A stretch of 64,000 nucleotides of DNA from a virus (taxonomy: Duplodnaviria; Caudoviricetes). A program made the translations under genes and the position numbers. This document shows, piece by piece, positions 10,015 to 20,915 of this stretch; position 1 is the first letter of the stretch, and each line of letters begins with the position of its first letter. The notes beneath the pieces are model-generated. The model was not told the DNA's origin. It was given only the letters and a program-made list of their open reading frames with translations, and ran no database searches. The stretch is from IMG/VR virus record IMGVR_UViG_3300018405_000011. The stretch is one strand, 5' to 3'.

Positions 10015-11310
10015 TTAGATAGCCTCTAGGTAAGATGCACGTGTTGCCATGCGGTAAACAATATTGTTATCAGCCTTTTCTAAGAAACTGATACCTGAGA
10101 TTTGGTTTCTCGTAATACCTGTAGGTAAAACCTGCGTGCCCGTGTCGACTTCGGCGGCTCGCGCTAAACTGTCTAAGGTACTAATAATAGACTGAGTAGC
10201 TGCACTGACTCGGTTAATAGACTGGTCATTTAAGGCAATGATAGTGTAGTCAGGGAATAGTGCCTCAAAACTTTGAACGTTTACGTCATTCGTGTCACCG
10301 GCCAGTACAAAGACTGGTAAAGCACGGAAGAGTAAAGTAATGCCTTCACCTTGTCCTAGAATGTCTCCAGTATCACGCCCAATAAGAATTGGGTTAATTA
10401 AGGAAACCAGTTCGTTGAACTTAAACAGTGGACGCATCATGCTGTCGATACCAGGACCAGCACTTAAAGCAACTTTATTCCATAAAGGGACTAGATTAAA
10501 AACATCCAATGTTTGAATGTCGGGAAAGTATTCTTTCCACTCGTCCACCGTATATGGAGTTTCAGACTCCAAGTAAGTTCTGATAGCTTCTAAGGTCTTA
10601 TCTGTACGAAGCGCATCTTTACCATACCCCAGCACATACCATACTGTAGTAAACTGATTATTCAGGTTCGCTGGGTCATTCCACTTTAATGAAAACGTTG
10701 TGATTTCAGTAGGCTTCTCTTCCAGCGTCGCGGTATTTAATGCGTTTAACTTATTGATTTCCGTATAAGCATTAAGTGCAGCGAGTGCTCCAGCATAACC
10801 TTGATATAAGTTAGTAACTGGGCTACATGGAGGAAGTACTAATGTTTCAGAAGGTTCATACTCTTCTAAAAAGGCAGTGTTAGAAAACCATATCTCAAAG
10901 TTAGTAACTTCAAGGTCGGTATGCGTGCAGTTTAAAGACTGAGGTAAAGTAAAGCCATTCTCAGTAATCAAATTACCAAATGCAAAACCACTTAACGTAC
11001 TATCCGCATTGGTAGAGATAAAATCGATTAACGTCCCATTCGCTGGGATAAAGTCATTACGGATTTTGTTAATCAGCAATAACAAAGGTAAGCAGTCAGC
11101 CGCATCCAGCCCATCGACATCCTCACCAGAAATGTCTTTAGAATAAAAGACCGTAAGTTCTAAGCCCGGTGCCGTATCATCAGCGATGTACTGCTTCTTT
11201 CGACTGTAGGTACGGGCAATCGTACTGAGCTCGCCCAGTGCCGCAACCGCGTTGGGCGCATTGTTGGCATTAGACGGTATTTCAATAAAGCCCTTGATTG
11301 TTCTTGACAT
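10015..11310 (-). CDS. putative virion structural protein
   Basis: 431-aa ORF with GGAG RBS; context only. Confidence 0.4.
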   Translation of the reverse strand: MSRTIKGFIEIPSNANNAPNAVAALGELSTIARTYSRKKQYIADDTAPGLELTVFYSKDISGEDVDGLDAADCLPLLLLINKIRNDFIPANGTLIDFISTNADSTLSGFAFGNLITENGFTLPQSLNCTHTDLEVTNFEIWFSNTAFLEEYEPSETLVLPPCSPVTNLYQGYAGALAALNAYTEINKLNALNTATLEEKPTEITTFSLKWNDPANLNNQFTTVWYVLGYGKDALRTDKTLEAIRTYLESETPYTVDEWKEYFPDIQTLDVFNLVPLWNKVALSAGPGIDSMMRPLFKFNELVSLINPILIGRDTGDILGQGEGITLLFRALPVFVLAGDTNDVNVQSFEALFPDYTIIALNDQSINRVSAATQSIISTLDSLARAAEVDTGTQVLPTGITRNQISGISFLEKADNNIVYRMATRASYLEAI

Positions 11311-11415
11311 GGGTTCGCTCCAAAATAATAAATGCCTGTGGACACTATATATTTACAGGCTCAGAGAATTTGTTAGTGCATAAATATAACTGACGATTTT
11401 AAGGACACTCACTGT

Positions 11416-11832
11416 ATGAACATTAAACGTATCTTTGGCTATATCTTTAGCCAGGGCTGGTTCCAGCTAGTTATTACACTTCTGCTCCTGGCAAGCATTG
11501 CAGTCGGCGGCATGAAATACTTTGTCGATTCCACCCAAGCTAAATTAACCGCAGTAGAAACGGCGCAGGGCACTCCAGCACCAGACACGCGTGACGAAAC
11601 AATTCGGTTCCTCATGGCCCAGGTGGCACAGCTAGAAGCCGATAAGCGGCTAGAAACCGCCGCCTTATTAAAGGAACAGAAAGTATCCCGTGCGCAACAG
11701 TTAACCATCCAACAGTTAACCATCGAGAAGGGTGAACTGAGCAATCAGCTAAAAGTACAAGAATTCATGATTCGTGTGCTGACTAAAGAAAATAAAGAAA
11801 TGGGGGCAATTTATAATGAAGTCTTTAATTAG
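11416..11832 (+). CDS. putative inner-membrane spanin (Rz-like)
   Basis: One N-terminal TM helix followed by a coiled-coil; 3' end overlaps a lipoprotein gene. Confidence 0.6.
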   Translation: MNIKRIFGYIFSQGWFQLVITLLLLASIAVGGMKYFVDSTQAKLTAVETAQGTPAPDTRDETIRFLMAQVAQLEADKRLETAALLKEQKVSRAQQLTIQQLTIEKGELSNQLKVQEFMIRVLTKENKEMGAIYNEVFN

Positions 11833-12142
11833 CCTCCTTGCCGTATTGACCCTAAGTGGCTGCGTATCCATACAGCCTGTTATCGAGCGCACGGTTATCT
11901 ATGACGCGCCAGTTCCTACCGAGAGTCCCGTAATAGACCCCGTCATTCAAATGTCGGTCTGTGTCCCTATGGCTCTAGAGACGGTGTCGAAAACCCCCAT
12001 TAATAAAGACGTGTTTATTGCCATTCCAGATAAGGCACAGGGTATTGTCTCATATGTCGAAGCACTGGAAGAAAAAAACCGTGAGTTAGAATCGATTATA
12101 AGCGACTACTATGAGTTAAGGTTGAACTGTTATGATTTATAG
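11816..12142 (+). CDS. putative outer-membrane spanin lipoprotein (Rz1-like)
   Basis: Signal peptide with lipobox 'LSGC', Pro-rich linker, C-terminal helix; overlaps the upstream gene. Confidence 0.65.
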   Translation: MKSLISLLAVLTLSGCVSIQPVIERTVIYDAPVPTESPVIDPVIQMSVCVPMALETVSKTPINKDVFIAIPDKAQGIVSYVEALEEKNRELESIISDYYELRLNCYDL

Positions 12143-13568
12143 AGTTTATACAGACGGCGGCAGCCGACCGCATAATAACGTCGGTAATGCAGGTGGTTGG
12201 GGTGTATGGATAGAAGGGGATGATGTCCCCTATGGACTGTATGGTTCCGGTGGTGTACCCTGTACCAACAACATGGCCGAGATGATGGCGTACCTGAATG
12301 CGGTTCGTCAAGTCGTGTTACGTCAGCCTGACGAAGTCTGCTTTTATTTAGACTCCCGATATGTCATGGATAACTGTGGGCATGTTTTAGAAGGGTGGAA
12401 GAAGAAAGGCTGGTTGACCTCTAAAGGGGAACCTGTTAAAAACATTGGGTTATGGAAAGCCATCGATGAAGCTCAGCAAGACCTGCGCGCTATGTGTATT
12501 CCAGTCGAATACAAGTGGGTAAAAGGCCACAGTGGCATTTACGGGAATGAATGTGCCGACAGTTTAGCAACCGCAGGGATTGAGCGTGCCTGTAAGGGTA
12601 TTGACTACGGAGAAGTCGTCGAGACTAAAGAGCATTTCTACGTCGACCCGAAAGCACCGGCTGTGAAGGTAGAGACCGTACTGGCCACAGACGGTAAGAA
12701 AGCACCGAAAGTAAAAATCCCGGCATCTAACGCCTTTATATGTTTTAGCCGATTGCTGGACATCTCACATCGCCCTCAAGCACAAACTGCGGACGGGCGT
12801 ACTGTTTATATGGCACAGAACTTCACTACTCGTGCTAAGTCGGGGGACGACGATGGCGCAGCAACCAAAGCTAAGAAAGCCGAAGGGAAAACCCGTAACT
12901 TAGGGACGATAGACCCCGACGCCAGTGAAGGTGTGGTGGTGTCGAAAACACCATGTATGCAATACCAGCGACTGAGGGACTTTCAGAATGAGATTGCTCC
13001 GTTAACGGCGGACTATCCATTCATTGTAGCATGGGACACCTTTACGTCAAAAGCTCGATGGGAAGAACACTGTCAGCTCGATACACCCCCTTTTAAGAAG
13101 GTAAATAAGTCAGTCTTCTATAAGGATAAAACCACGCAGTTAACCTACTATCTAGAAGTCCCACGTCTAGCGTATAACGCCGTAGAAAGCTGTATGTCTA
13201 AGCTACAGATGATAGAAGCCTTTGAGCAAGGTAAGTTCGATGGGGATATCGAAGACATTACTGACATGTTCTTTACGACCGATAAGAAAGGGAAGTCGGT
13301 ACTTAAAAAGACAGCCGATGTCGATAAGGTTATTCTACACGAGACGGTTTACGAAGATAAACCTTTAGTAGTGCGCTTAACTCAGAAAATCCACATTCCT
13401 GAAATGACAGCGATTTCGCGTATGTTTAAGCAAGAAGGGGAATTGAAGATTTATTTTGTGAAGTTTATCAAAACCCCAGTATCGTTTAGACACGGTATAA
13501 TCATTGTCGGTAAAGATAACATTGGGTTCTATAACTCACCAACCTCCAGTCTTAGACTGGTACCATAG
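12132..13568 (+). CDS. rnhA: RNase HI with long C-terminal extension
   Basis: 'YTDGGS', 'TNNMAE', 'DSRYV', 'KNIGLW', 'WVKGHSGIYGNECADSLA' are RNase HI catalytic motifs. Confidence 0.92.
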   Translation: MIYRVYTDGGSRPHNNVGNAGGWGVWIEGDDVPYGLYGSGGVPCTNNMAEMMAYLNAVRQVVLRQPDEVCFYLDSRYVMDNCGHVLEGWKKKGWLTSKGEPVKNIGLWKAIDEAQQDLRAMCIPVEYKWVKGHSGIYGNECADSLATAGIERACKGIDYGEVVETKEHFYVDPKAPAVKVETVLATDGKKAPKVKIPASNAFICFSRLLDISHRPQAQTADGRTVYMAQNFTTRAKSGDDDGAATKAKKAEGKTRNLGTIDPDASEGVVVSKTPCMQYQRLRDFQNEIAPLTADYPFIVAWDTFTSKARWEEHCQLDTPPFKKVNKSVFYKDKTTQLTYYLEVPRLAYNAVESCMSKLQMIEAFEQGKFDGDIEDITDMFFTTDKKGKSVLKKTADVDKVILHETVYEDKPLVVRLTQKIHIPEMTAISRMFKQEGELKIYFVKFIKTPVSFRHGIIIVGKDNIGFYNSPTSSLRLVP

Positions 13569-13574
13569 ATAATG

Positions 13575-13611
13575 CCTCTATCTCCTTTACGCTGTGTAAA
13601 GGAGATAGAGG
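13575..13611. terminator. bidirectional terminator
   Basis: 16-bp stem CCTCTATCTCCTTTAC / GTAAAGGAGATAGAGG between convergent genes. Confidence 0.7.
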
Positions 13612-13618
13612 ATTTCTT

Positions 13619-14701
13619 TTAAGCGATAGGACCTGTTTGAGAATCCCACGTAATAGTATTCGTATTGATGTTGTCAAATCCACCTTGGTTGGCATAGAGG
13701 TCGGTCGTTTTAAACTGACCTGTAGTCTGGTTTAATCCGCCTTCAATGGTTCCAACAAAACCACCTGAAGCGGCGGCCATAGGTGAAGCATTTGGTCCAC
13801 AAGCAAACGATGGGAAGGTAACGATTGCATCATGCCCTTCTGGGCCTTCTATCATACTAAGGGTGGCTGAGCGTTTGTATTGTTCCGTGCTGTTTGTATA
13901 GCCCTGACTATTGACCGTATAATCCTTACCATTGTGTGTATATGTATCAGAGGTCTCCGTGTAGGTCGACGTTTCTGTTGTAATACTGTCTTTAGCTATA
14001 AGCTTATAGCGGTTCGTTTCAAGATTAATTTCATCTTTTGTAAAGAGGTTAAAGACAGTCTTATTAATCTCTAGGAAACTTTCGTCTGGGTTCTCTATTC
14101 GAAAGTGATGTTCCGGGCTATCCAAATAGAAACGGTTGCCGATATCGTCTTCTAAAACGAACTTACCGTCGCCAGTATTGAACTGCATGGTATAGGATGC
14201 TTTCTCGCCATTAGCTCGACTTGTCGTTAAGGTAATGTGTTTATCATGCGTGCTGACTTCTAAGGCATAGGAGTTATCACGACTAAAGGTAGTGTCTCTG
14301 TTCTTAGGGTCACCTGACCAAGCCCATACTACCGTTTCTAGACGGCGTAGGTCTAAGTCCTTTTGACGCCCCATAGCGTCCCAATAATAACCCTCTGCGG
14401 AATCCCCAGACTGATAGATAATGACCTGTTCACCGCGACGTACGTCAGGTGAAGTACGGCGGTTGTTCTCACCTAACCATTGCGCGGGAATGGTTTCCCC
14501 TAGTCCAATTTCGACTTTATAGAAGTCTCCATTATTATCGATGCCGTTTGTGGATGTCTCTAGAGTGTCAATGTTGACTTCCCCTGAGAAATTACTCACA
14601 AGCTCTACAGGCCATACGTGTACAATGTCTGTACCTCGCTTTTTGTTCTCCGCGACAATCCCGATGGAGACGGGACGAAATCGAGACATGTCATGTTGCA
14701 T
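13619..14701 (-). CDS. putative baseplate central spike (gpV/gp5-like)
   Basis: N-terminal OB-like region ('DVRRGEQVIIY') and a C-terminal T/S-rich beta-repeat; probable start MSRF at 14689; divergent from SbcC as in phiKZ-like order. Confidence 0.55.
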   Translation of the reverse strand: MQHDMSRFRPVSIGIVAENKKRGTDIVHVWPVELVSNFSGEVNIDTLETSTNGIDNNGDFYKVEIGLGETIPAQWLGENNRRTSPDVRRGEQVIIYQSGDSAEGYYWDAMGRQKDLDLRRLETVVWAWSGDPKNRDTTFSRDNSYALEVSTHDKHITLTTSRANGEKASYTMQFNTGDGKFVLEDDIGNRFYLDSPEHHFRIENPDESFLEINKTVFNLFTKDEINLETNRYKLIAKDSITTETSTYTETSDTYTHNGKDYTVNSQGYTNSTEQYKRSATLSMIEGPEGHDAIVTFPSFACGPNASPMAAASGGFVGTIEGGLNQTTGQFKTTDLYANQGGFDNINTNTITWDSQTGPIA

Positions 14702-14772
14702 GTTAAAACCCTTGTATTAAAGAACCTACTAGACGATTTGTTTAGAGCAATTAAGCATAGTGATTACGAATT

Positions 14773-17256
14773 ATGAAGTTAGTGCGTTTATATCTAAAAG
14801 GGTTTAAGCCCCTTTCTTTATCGAACATTGAGGAATTTGACTATTCCCCACAGGCCCCATGGCAATTAATCTTAGGCACAAATGGTTCTGGTAAGTCATC
14901 GATACTCCGTGCAGCTACACCTACCGTGACTGACCGCAGTGAGTTTAGACCTGGCGGACAGAAGCTAACCGTATGGGAGCTTGATGATGGTACAGTGTAT
15001 GAACTGACGTCGATTTATAACAGCAGTGCTAAGCACAGCTTTAAACGCAATGGTGAAGAACTGAATGACGGTGGTACAGGCACAGTACAGACTGAGTTGG
15101 TTGAGCAACATTTAGGCTACACTAATACATTGCATAAACTGCTTACGCAAGAAGTCCGCTTTACGGAGATGAATAAGTCGGCTCGTGAAAGTTTACTGTT
15201 AGACATCTCAGGAAATAACTTTGAGTATGGACTCGGTTTGTTCGATGAACTCAAACGCACGCACCGTGATACGGTAGGAGCAAGTAAACACCTATCAGTT
15301 AAGTTTACTGACCTGTGTCAACAGCTCGACTCCATGGGTGATATGGAAACCTTAGCTCAAACCTTAACCCATGAAGAAGAAGAGGTTGCTCGACTGACTC
15401 AGTTTACTAACTGGTCACTACCTACCCAGAACCCCATTGAGTCTAAACTGGAGGCTAACTACCGTGGGTTAAATGATAACCTAATTAAAGCCGAGCGATT
15501 ACGTAAGCAAATTCAAACCTTTCTTAATGAACATTCTTTAAAAACATCCGCATGGGACGGATACAGCCATTTTAAGAATGAAATCGTTAGTCAGCAGCAA
15601 TTACGCAATCATGTCGATGGCTCACTTAAAGAGCTCGAGTCGGAAATGACCGAGCTGTCGAGCATCCTACTGCGGTTAGAGGAATGTCCTGAGTCTATTG
15701 ATGCTGAAGCATTAAAGACGCAGATAGCCCAGTTAGAATCTGCGCATGCTCAGTATGTCAGTCATGTTAAATCGACGGTTACTGACATCGCTGCATCAAA
15801 AAATAATTGCATGTCGCTGCTGCATGAGTTTAGTTCTATCAGTGACCGGATTCCTTCTGGGTTGACTTTCTATAGTGAAGAGGCTATACGTAAACACGGT
15901 GACACTATAGCGTCAGTACAAGGTAACATTACCGAACTGGAACTTAAACTACGGCGAATTGATGAAATCGAACATCATGCTGCGCTCGCCGCAGAAAAGG
16001 ACGTAACGTGCCCTAAATGTAATACCCGTATTTTAAGTGAGCACTCACTAAACGAAGAACGCATGGCGGCATTAGTCAGCAAACGTAATGAAGGTAAGGG
16101 TAAGGTAGAGGGTTTAAAAGCTGAGTTAGAGAAACATAATGAACTCATGGCGTCTATGAAGACTTTAGGGTTTCTTAGAAACCAAGTACGTGACTTGCTT
16201 TCTCGCTATACGGCCTTTCGTCCTCTATGGGAAGACATCGGTAAAGTCGATGACTTACTCGCGTCGCCTACATTGTTACTTAATGCCTTATCGGCAGAGT
16301 TTACCGCATTAGAGCTAGAAGAGGCTCATATGCGCAGTGTACACGATTTAGAGAAGCTTAAAGAGTATCAGTACCTAATTGCCTTACGCGATGGAGAAAA
16401 CACTCAGGGGCGCCTACAGAGCTTACAGCAGCAATACGAAAAACTGATTGCTTCACGTAATGAAACGAGTCGCTTGATTCAACTCTATGGTAAACTGGAG
16501 TCATTGTTTGATGCGTTAGGAGATATCTGTAAGGAGATGGATACGCAGGTAGGTGAGCGAGAGCGGCTGTTCTATGAGTGGGCAAACACCGAAGGGACTA
16601 TCGAAGTGAATCGCTACGTGCGGACAAAGCAAACGCAGTTAGGTCAGATGCGTAATGCTCTAACCACATGGAAGGATTTAGAATCCCGTAAGCAGTATCT
16701 GTCTGCGGGTAATGAGGAACTTAAAGATAAGAAGGCTAAGCTAGAAGTTCTAATTAAGTTGCTGAGTCCTACTACAGGACTTATTGCTAGACAACTTAGG
16801 TCATCTCTGGATGACTTCTGCGATATGGTCAATGTGATTCTTTCTGAGATATGGGAACATGAACTGTCTATTAGCGTCCCTAAGGATGAGAAGAAACTGA
16901 GCTTTAACTTTAACTTACATGTGGATGGGGAAACCCGTGAAGATGTAAAGAAAGGAAGTAAAGGGGAACAAGAGGTCATCAACATGGCGGTAACATTAGT
17001 CATCATGGCTCAAAAGCAATTGCAAAACTATCCGATGTTTATGGATGAAATAGGGGCAAGCTTTGACCATGCCCACCGACGTAACTTGTTAACCTTTATT
17101 CGTAAGCTTATTACTAGTGGCAGCATTAATCAACTCTTTATGATTTCTCACTTCTGTGCAGACTACGGCGGTATCAGTAACAACGATATCATTGCGCTGA
17201 ATACCAGTAATATCCAGCTCAACATGCCATACAACGAAGTCGTAAGTATAAAATAA
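14773..17256 (+). CDS. sbcC: SbcC/Rad50-like SMC ATPase
   Basis: Walker A 'GTNGSGKS', coiled coils, zinc hook 'CPKC', signature 'GSKGEQ', Walker B 'MFMDE', H-loop 'ISH'. Confidence 0.9.
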   Translation: MKLVRLYLKGFKPLSLSNIEEFDYSPQAPWQLILGTNGSGKSSILRAATPTVTDRSEFRPGGQKLTVWELDDGTVYELTSIYNSSAKHSFKRNGEELNDGGTGTVQTELVEQHLGYTNTLHKLLTQEVRFTEMNKSARESLLLDISGNNFEYGLGLFDELKRTHRDTVGASKHLSVKFTDLCQQLDSMGDMETLAQTLTHEEEEVARLTQFTNWSLPTQNPIESKLEANYRGLNDNLIKAERLRKQIQTFLNEHSLKTSAWDGYSHFKNEIVSQQQLRNHVDGSLKELESEMTELSSILLRLEECPESIDAEALKTQIAQLESAHAQYVSHVKSTVTDIAASKNNCMSLLHEFSSISDRIPSGLTFYSEEAIRKHGDTIASVQGNITELELKLRRIDEIEHHAALAAEKDVTCPKCNTRILSEHSLNEERMAALVSKRNEGKGKVEGLKAELEKHNELMASMKTLGFLRNQVRDLLSRYTAFRPLWEDIGKVDDLLASPTLLLNALSAEFTALELEEAHMRSVHDLEKLKEYQYLIALRDGENTQGRLQSLQQQYEKLIASRNETSRLIQLYGKLESLFDALGDICKEMDTQVGERERLFYEWANTEGTIEVNRYVRTKQTQLGQMRNALTTWKDLESRKQYLSAGNEELKDKKAKLEVLIKLLSPTTGLIARQLRSSLDDFCDMVNVILSEIWEHELSISVPKDEKKLSFNFNLHVDGETREDVKKGSKGEQEVINMAVTLVIMAQKQLQNYPMFMDEIGASFDHAHRRNLLTFIRKLITSGSINQLFMISHFCADYGGISNNDIIALNTSNIQLNMPYNEVVSIK

Positions 17257-17258
17257 AA

Positions 17259-17297
17259 GACATTACTCTCCTTCCCTGTTAAAGGAAGGAGAGTAAT
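17259..17297. terminator. bidirectional terminator, near-identical to 58104-58142
   Basis: GACATTACTCTCCTTCCCTGTTAAAGGAAGGAGAGTAAT; 38 of 39 positions match the second copy. Confidence 0.75.
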
Positions 17298-17302
17298 CTT
17301 TA

Positions 17303-18487
17303 TTATTTAACCATTGCTTTTAGCGTAGAGACATACTTATCGATTACGTCAGTGCGGTAATAATAGAAACTGATTAGCGAACTGTCGAGTAGTTCAAATA
17401 TGGCTAACATAGCTTTGACTGCAGCACTTGAAACCCAGTCCGTAGACAGTTGTTCTTGTGTGATTACTTTATCATAAGCATCGTAGACTGCGTAGTAGCC
17501 GTCCATAACGTCGTTTAGCGCGCCATCGCCATTCTCTGTTGCTTCAATAATCGATTCTAGTGCTTTAATCATGTCTTCTTTAGAAAGAACATCGATTTCA
17601 CCCATGGCTTTGACTTCATCGGACTTTTTGTCATCGAATTTATGAGTGATGCTAGTTGCATAAGGAACGACTGACGAGCCTATCGGGTAGTTCTTAACGA
17701 CGTAACCCATTGCAAAACCACCAGGCAAGCCTAGGTCAGATACCATGATCTTTTCGTCTGCCTTTGCTTTAATCCAGTCGGATTTATCAGCCGGCTTATA
17801 ATCAAACGCTTTGACTAGGATTTCATAAACCTCGACTAACTCATCGGCGGTAGACTTGTCATCAAAAGCTGCAGACTTAATGGCTTTCATCATTGCCGGA
17901 GCCGCTTCAGTTAAGCCAGTCACAGCCGGAGACTTATCGATGATATCCATGCCTTCTGGAATCGAAATCGCTTTGCCTTTAACCTGGAAGAATTTAGCAC
18001 CGCCACCAGTAGACACTTTACCTTCTTTTAGCTCAGTACCATCTTTACCTAACTCAGTAATCAGATTCTTAGCGATAGTGTTATTGCTGCGGAAAATGTC
18101 GCCAAACCCTTTAAAGGCTTTCTTCATGGCCTTCATCATAGCCACGGATTGCTTTTTAATCCAGTCTTTAAGCTTAGTGATGGTTTCACTGATACCTTCC
18201 ATTGCGACTTCGTAACCTAAGTCATCAGCGCTTTCCATTCCTGGAATAACCAGTTGGAGTTCAGGCAGCTCGGTTAGGATTTCATTGGCGGCATATTGAA
18301 GCATGTTGCCAGACGCGCCTTTACTGTGCGCCTGTAACTCTTCCAGCTTTTGACAGATGGTATTCGCTTCAGTTATTGCGTCTTTAAGCCCCATAGCTTC
18401 CTGAATGGATGCTCTGGCTTCATCTACGGACATAGTCGGCTCATGTGGCTTTAGAGATGCCATAATGGCTTGTTTTAATAGAGACAT
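17303..18487 (-). CDS. internal head protein (phiKZ inner-head family)
   Basis: Acidic propeptide ending 'GMES...AMEG' followed by 'ISETITKLKDWIKK', the typical architecture of processed head proteins. Confidence 0.6.
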   Translation of the reverse strand: MSLLKQAIMASLKPHEPTMSVDEARASIQEAMGLKDAITEANTICQKLEELQAHSKGASGNMLQYAANEILTELPELQLVIPGMESADDLGYEVAMEGISETITKLKDWIKKQSVAMMKAMKKAFKGFGDIFRSNNTIAKNLITELGKDGTELKEGKVSTGGGAKFFQVKGKAISIPEGMDIIDKSPAVTGLTEAAPAMMKAIKSAAFDDKSTADELVEVYEILVKAFDYKPADKSDWIKAKADEKIMVSDLGLPGGFAMGYVVKNYPIGSSVVPYATSITHKFDDKKSDEVKAMGEIDVLSKEDMIKALESIIEATENGDGALNDVMDGYYAVYDAYDKVITQEQLSTDWVSSAAVKAMLAIFELLDSSLISFYYYRTDVIDKYVSTLKAMVK

Positions 18488-18498
18488 GTTACGGTTCC

Positions 18499-19395
18499 TT
18501 AATTTTCAGTTTCGTTTAAATGTAGAGCAATCTTCTTCATGCTATCATTCCACGCCGTAATGGCGATAACCAACATGTAGTTAATAGCAACTAAGTATTC
18601 CGTTTCCGTCGCTACGTGACGAAGGGCATTAGCTAGCTTCTGTTTAGTAGCTTTAGGAATTTCATTGATGTCGCCGTGTGCCTCAGACTGAGACGTAACG
18701 TCAATCATCTCTTTAACATACAGCGTTAGTTTTTCTTCTTGTGCCTTTAGCGCTTTTAAATCTAGGTCTTTACCTACTAGCGCAGCTTGTAGTAAGAAAC
18801 CATAGGTGGCTTCCATTTGACGCAGTGAGCCATAGAGTTCACTGCATACCGCCATGTCTGTACCATGCTCATCGCGAGTACGTTTATAGAACTTAGCGAT
18901 ATCATCTTGCATGTCGTCAATATCATTGAGCTCTAATAGCTTGTCATTCCAGACTTTCTGTAGGTGGTCTGGATTACTCACGCCTTGAGCAAACCACTTA
19001 ATCAGCGGCTGGTAAAGCGTATCGCCAATTTTTGACATAGCGGTATACTGCTCCGCTACGGCCTTTGTGTAGTCAGCCATGGCACCAGACATCTTTTCAG
19101 GACGATACAGGACCAGTCCCTCAATGTCTTTAAAACCTTTCTTTTGCCCTGCCAGTAACTTTTCCAAGTCACGGTAGTTTGTAGGCATCACTTCGATGCC
19201 ACGAAAGTCTTCATTAATAGCCTTGTTAAAAAGACTCCGTACAGCCGCAATGGATGAACTCACGAAATCCAGAAAGCTATCAAAGCCTTCCATGCCGATT
19301 TCGTCTTCAGTTTCCAATTGCCTGGCTAGACGCTCAGCAACTTGTGTAATTTTCATTTTGGGTACCTGAAAGTGATTTAAGATGACCACTACCAA
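18499..19395 (-). CDS. internal head / virion protein
   Basis: 'EIGMEGFDSFLDF' putative protease site near the N-terminus; probable start MKITQ at 19356. Confidence 0.5.
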   Translation of the reverse strand: MVVVILNHFQVPKMKITQVAERLARQLETEDEIGMEGFDSFLDFVSSSIAAVRSLFNKAINEDFRGIEVMPTNYRDLEKLLAGQKKGFKDIEGLVLYRPEKMSGAMADYTKAVAEQYTAMSKIGDTLYQPLIKWFAQGVSNPDHLQKVWNDKLLELNDIDDMQDDIAKFYKRTRDEHGTDMAVCSELYGSLRQMEATYGFLLQAALVGKDLDLKALKAQEEKLTLYVKEMIDVTSQSEAHGDINEIPKATKQKLANALRHVATETEYLVAINYMLVIAITAWNDSMKKIALHLNETEN

Positions 19396-19450
19396 TGGTC
19401 TAGGAAAAGATTGTTAACCTATAATATTTAAGCCTTTCGGAGACAGACCT

Positions 19451-20911
19451 ATGTTAAATCTATTCAAAGGAAAGGAGTTCATTACTCCGATTACACGCGC
19501 CTACCACAACATCGGTTGCTTGTTTGATATCCCTACTGGTACTTATTTTACAGGCACCCGCGGGGAGCGTGTATTGATGGGCGGTCAAGGCCCAATTAAC
19601 TCCTTTACCGGCCCAGGCAACTCATTTAAAACGGACTTAGTGCTTTATGCACCGCTCACGTGCTTAGACCGCTATCCATCACATCGTGCGATTGTCTACG
19701 ATACTGAGAACTCGCTTAAGTACTCGCGCTTTAATCGTATTGCTCAAAACATGCCTAACCTAAAGAGCTATGATTTTGCTGAGCACGCGTATGATGAAGA
19801 CCCGTTGCTCATGTTTATTCAGAAAGCGGACCTAGAAGGCGATGCCTATTTTGACCTATTAAAAGAAATGGGTAAAGAGAAGCAGAAGAATCGTCGCATG
19901 CTAGAGCGTACCCTGCCGATACGGGATGGTAATGGTACCCTGATGAAAGTCATGGCAGCGACACACGCGATATGTGACTCACTGTCCGCCTTCTCAGTGT
20001 CTTCCGTAGACGACGGAATCATCGACAAGAACGCTATCGGTGACTCTAAGAACAACACCATGTTCATGAAAGACGGTGCGGCTAAGACGCAGATGATCAT
20101 CCAGTTACCTAACGTAACGATGCAAAGCGACATCTATTTCCAATGTACCGCACATATCGGTAACCGCATTGAGATGGACCCTTATGCTCCTAAACCTATC
20201 GAGCTCACGTTCTCTAAGAACGGGACTAAGGCAAAAGGGGTACCTGAGAAGTTCCAGTACATCAATGACCATTTGGTCGAAGTACTGAACACTAAACCAC
20301 TCACTAACCCATCCGATAAAGCACCCATGTTCCCTTCACGCGAAGAAGACCGTGAGAAGGGCAATGACTTGTTCTTGATTACCGCGGTGAACTCACGTAA
20401 TAAGGGCGGGCAGTCAGGCATCTATTTCCCAATCGTTGTTTCACAAACTGAAGGGATTAAAGTTGGATTGACCGAGTATCTCTATTTAAAAGAGAATAAG
20501 AAGTTCGGTATAGGCGGAAATGACCGTCGTTACTTCTTAGAACTACGCCCTGGTGTAGTGATGGAGCGTACGACTATCCGTGGTATCGTAGAGAATGATG
20601 CGAAACTCAAACGTGCGTTAGAAATCACCAGTGAAATGCTACAGATGCGTAAAGTATGGCGTGCCGCTGATGAACTTCATATTACACCAGCGGAGCTCTA
20701 TCAGAAAATCATTGACTTAGGGTATGACTGGGAAATCCTCTTAGATACTCGCGGTTACTGGATGTATCACGAAGACGAAGTAGACCAAAAACCGTTCTTA
20801 TCTACCATGGACTTATTGCGTATGGCGGCTGGCCTATACCACCCTTATTTCCTAAAAGAAGATAAGAAAACGATTATTGACAAGCATTGGCTATTAGGCG
20901 ACTGGAAGTAA
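19451..20911 (+). CDS. uvsX: UvsX/RecA-like recombinase (phiKZ type)
   Basis: Walker A 'GPGNSFKT', 'YDTE', 'DSLSA', 'AHIG'; size and position match phiKZ-like RecA homologues. Confidence 0.8.
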   Translation: MLNLFKGKEFITPITRAYHNIGCLFDIPTGTYFTGTRGERVLMGGQGPINSFTGPGNSFKTDLVLYAPLTCLDRYPSHRAIVYDTENSLKYSRFNRIAQNMPNLKSYDFAEHAYDEDPLLMFIQKADLEGDAYFDLLKEMGKEKQKNRRMLERTLPIRDGNGTLMKVMAATHAICDSLSAFSVSSVDDGIIDKNAIGDSKNNTMFMKDGAAKTQMIIQLPNVTMQSDIYFQCTAHIGNRIEMDPYAPKPIELTFSKNGTKAKGVPEKFQYINDHLVEVLNTKPLTNPSDKAPMFPSREEDREKGNDLFLITAVNSRNKGGQSGIYFPIVVSQTEGIKVGLTEYLYLKENKKFGIGGNDRRYFLELRPGVVMERTTIRGIVENDAKLKRALEITSEMLQMRKVWRAADELHITPAELYQKIIDLGYDWEILLDTRGYWMYHEDEVDQKPFLSTMDLLRMAAGLYHPYFLKEDKKTIIDKHWLLGDWK

Positions 20912-20915
20912 AACT

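Noticed and set aside
14773-17256. Orphan SbcC as a novel system
   Set aside because: In phiKZ-like phages the SbcD partner is commonly encoded elsewhere; absence from this window is uninformative.
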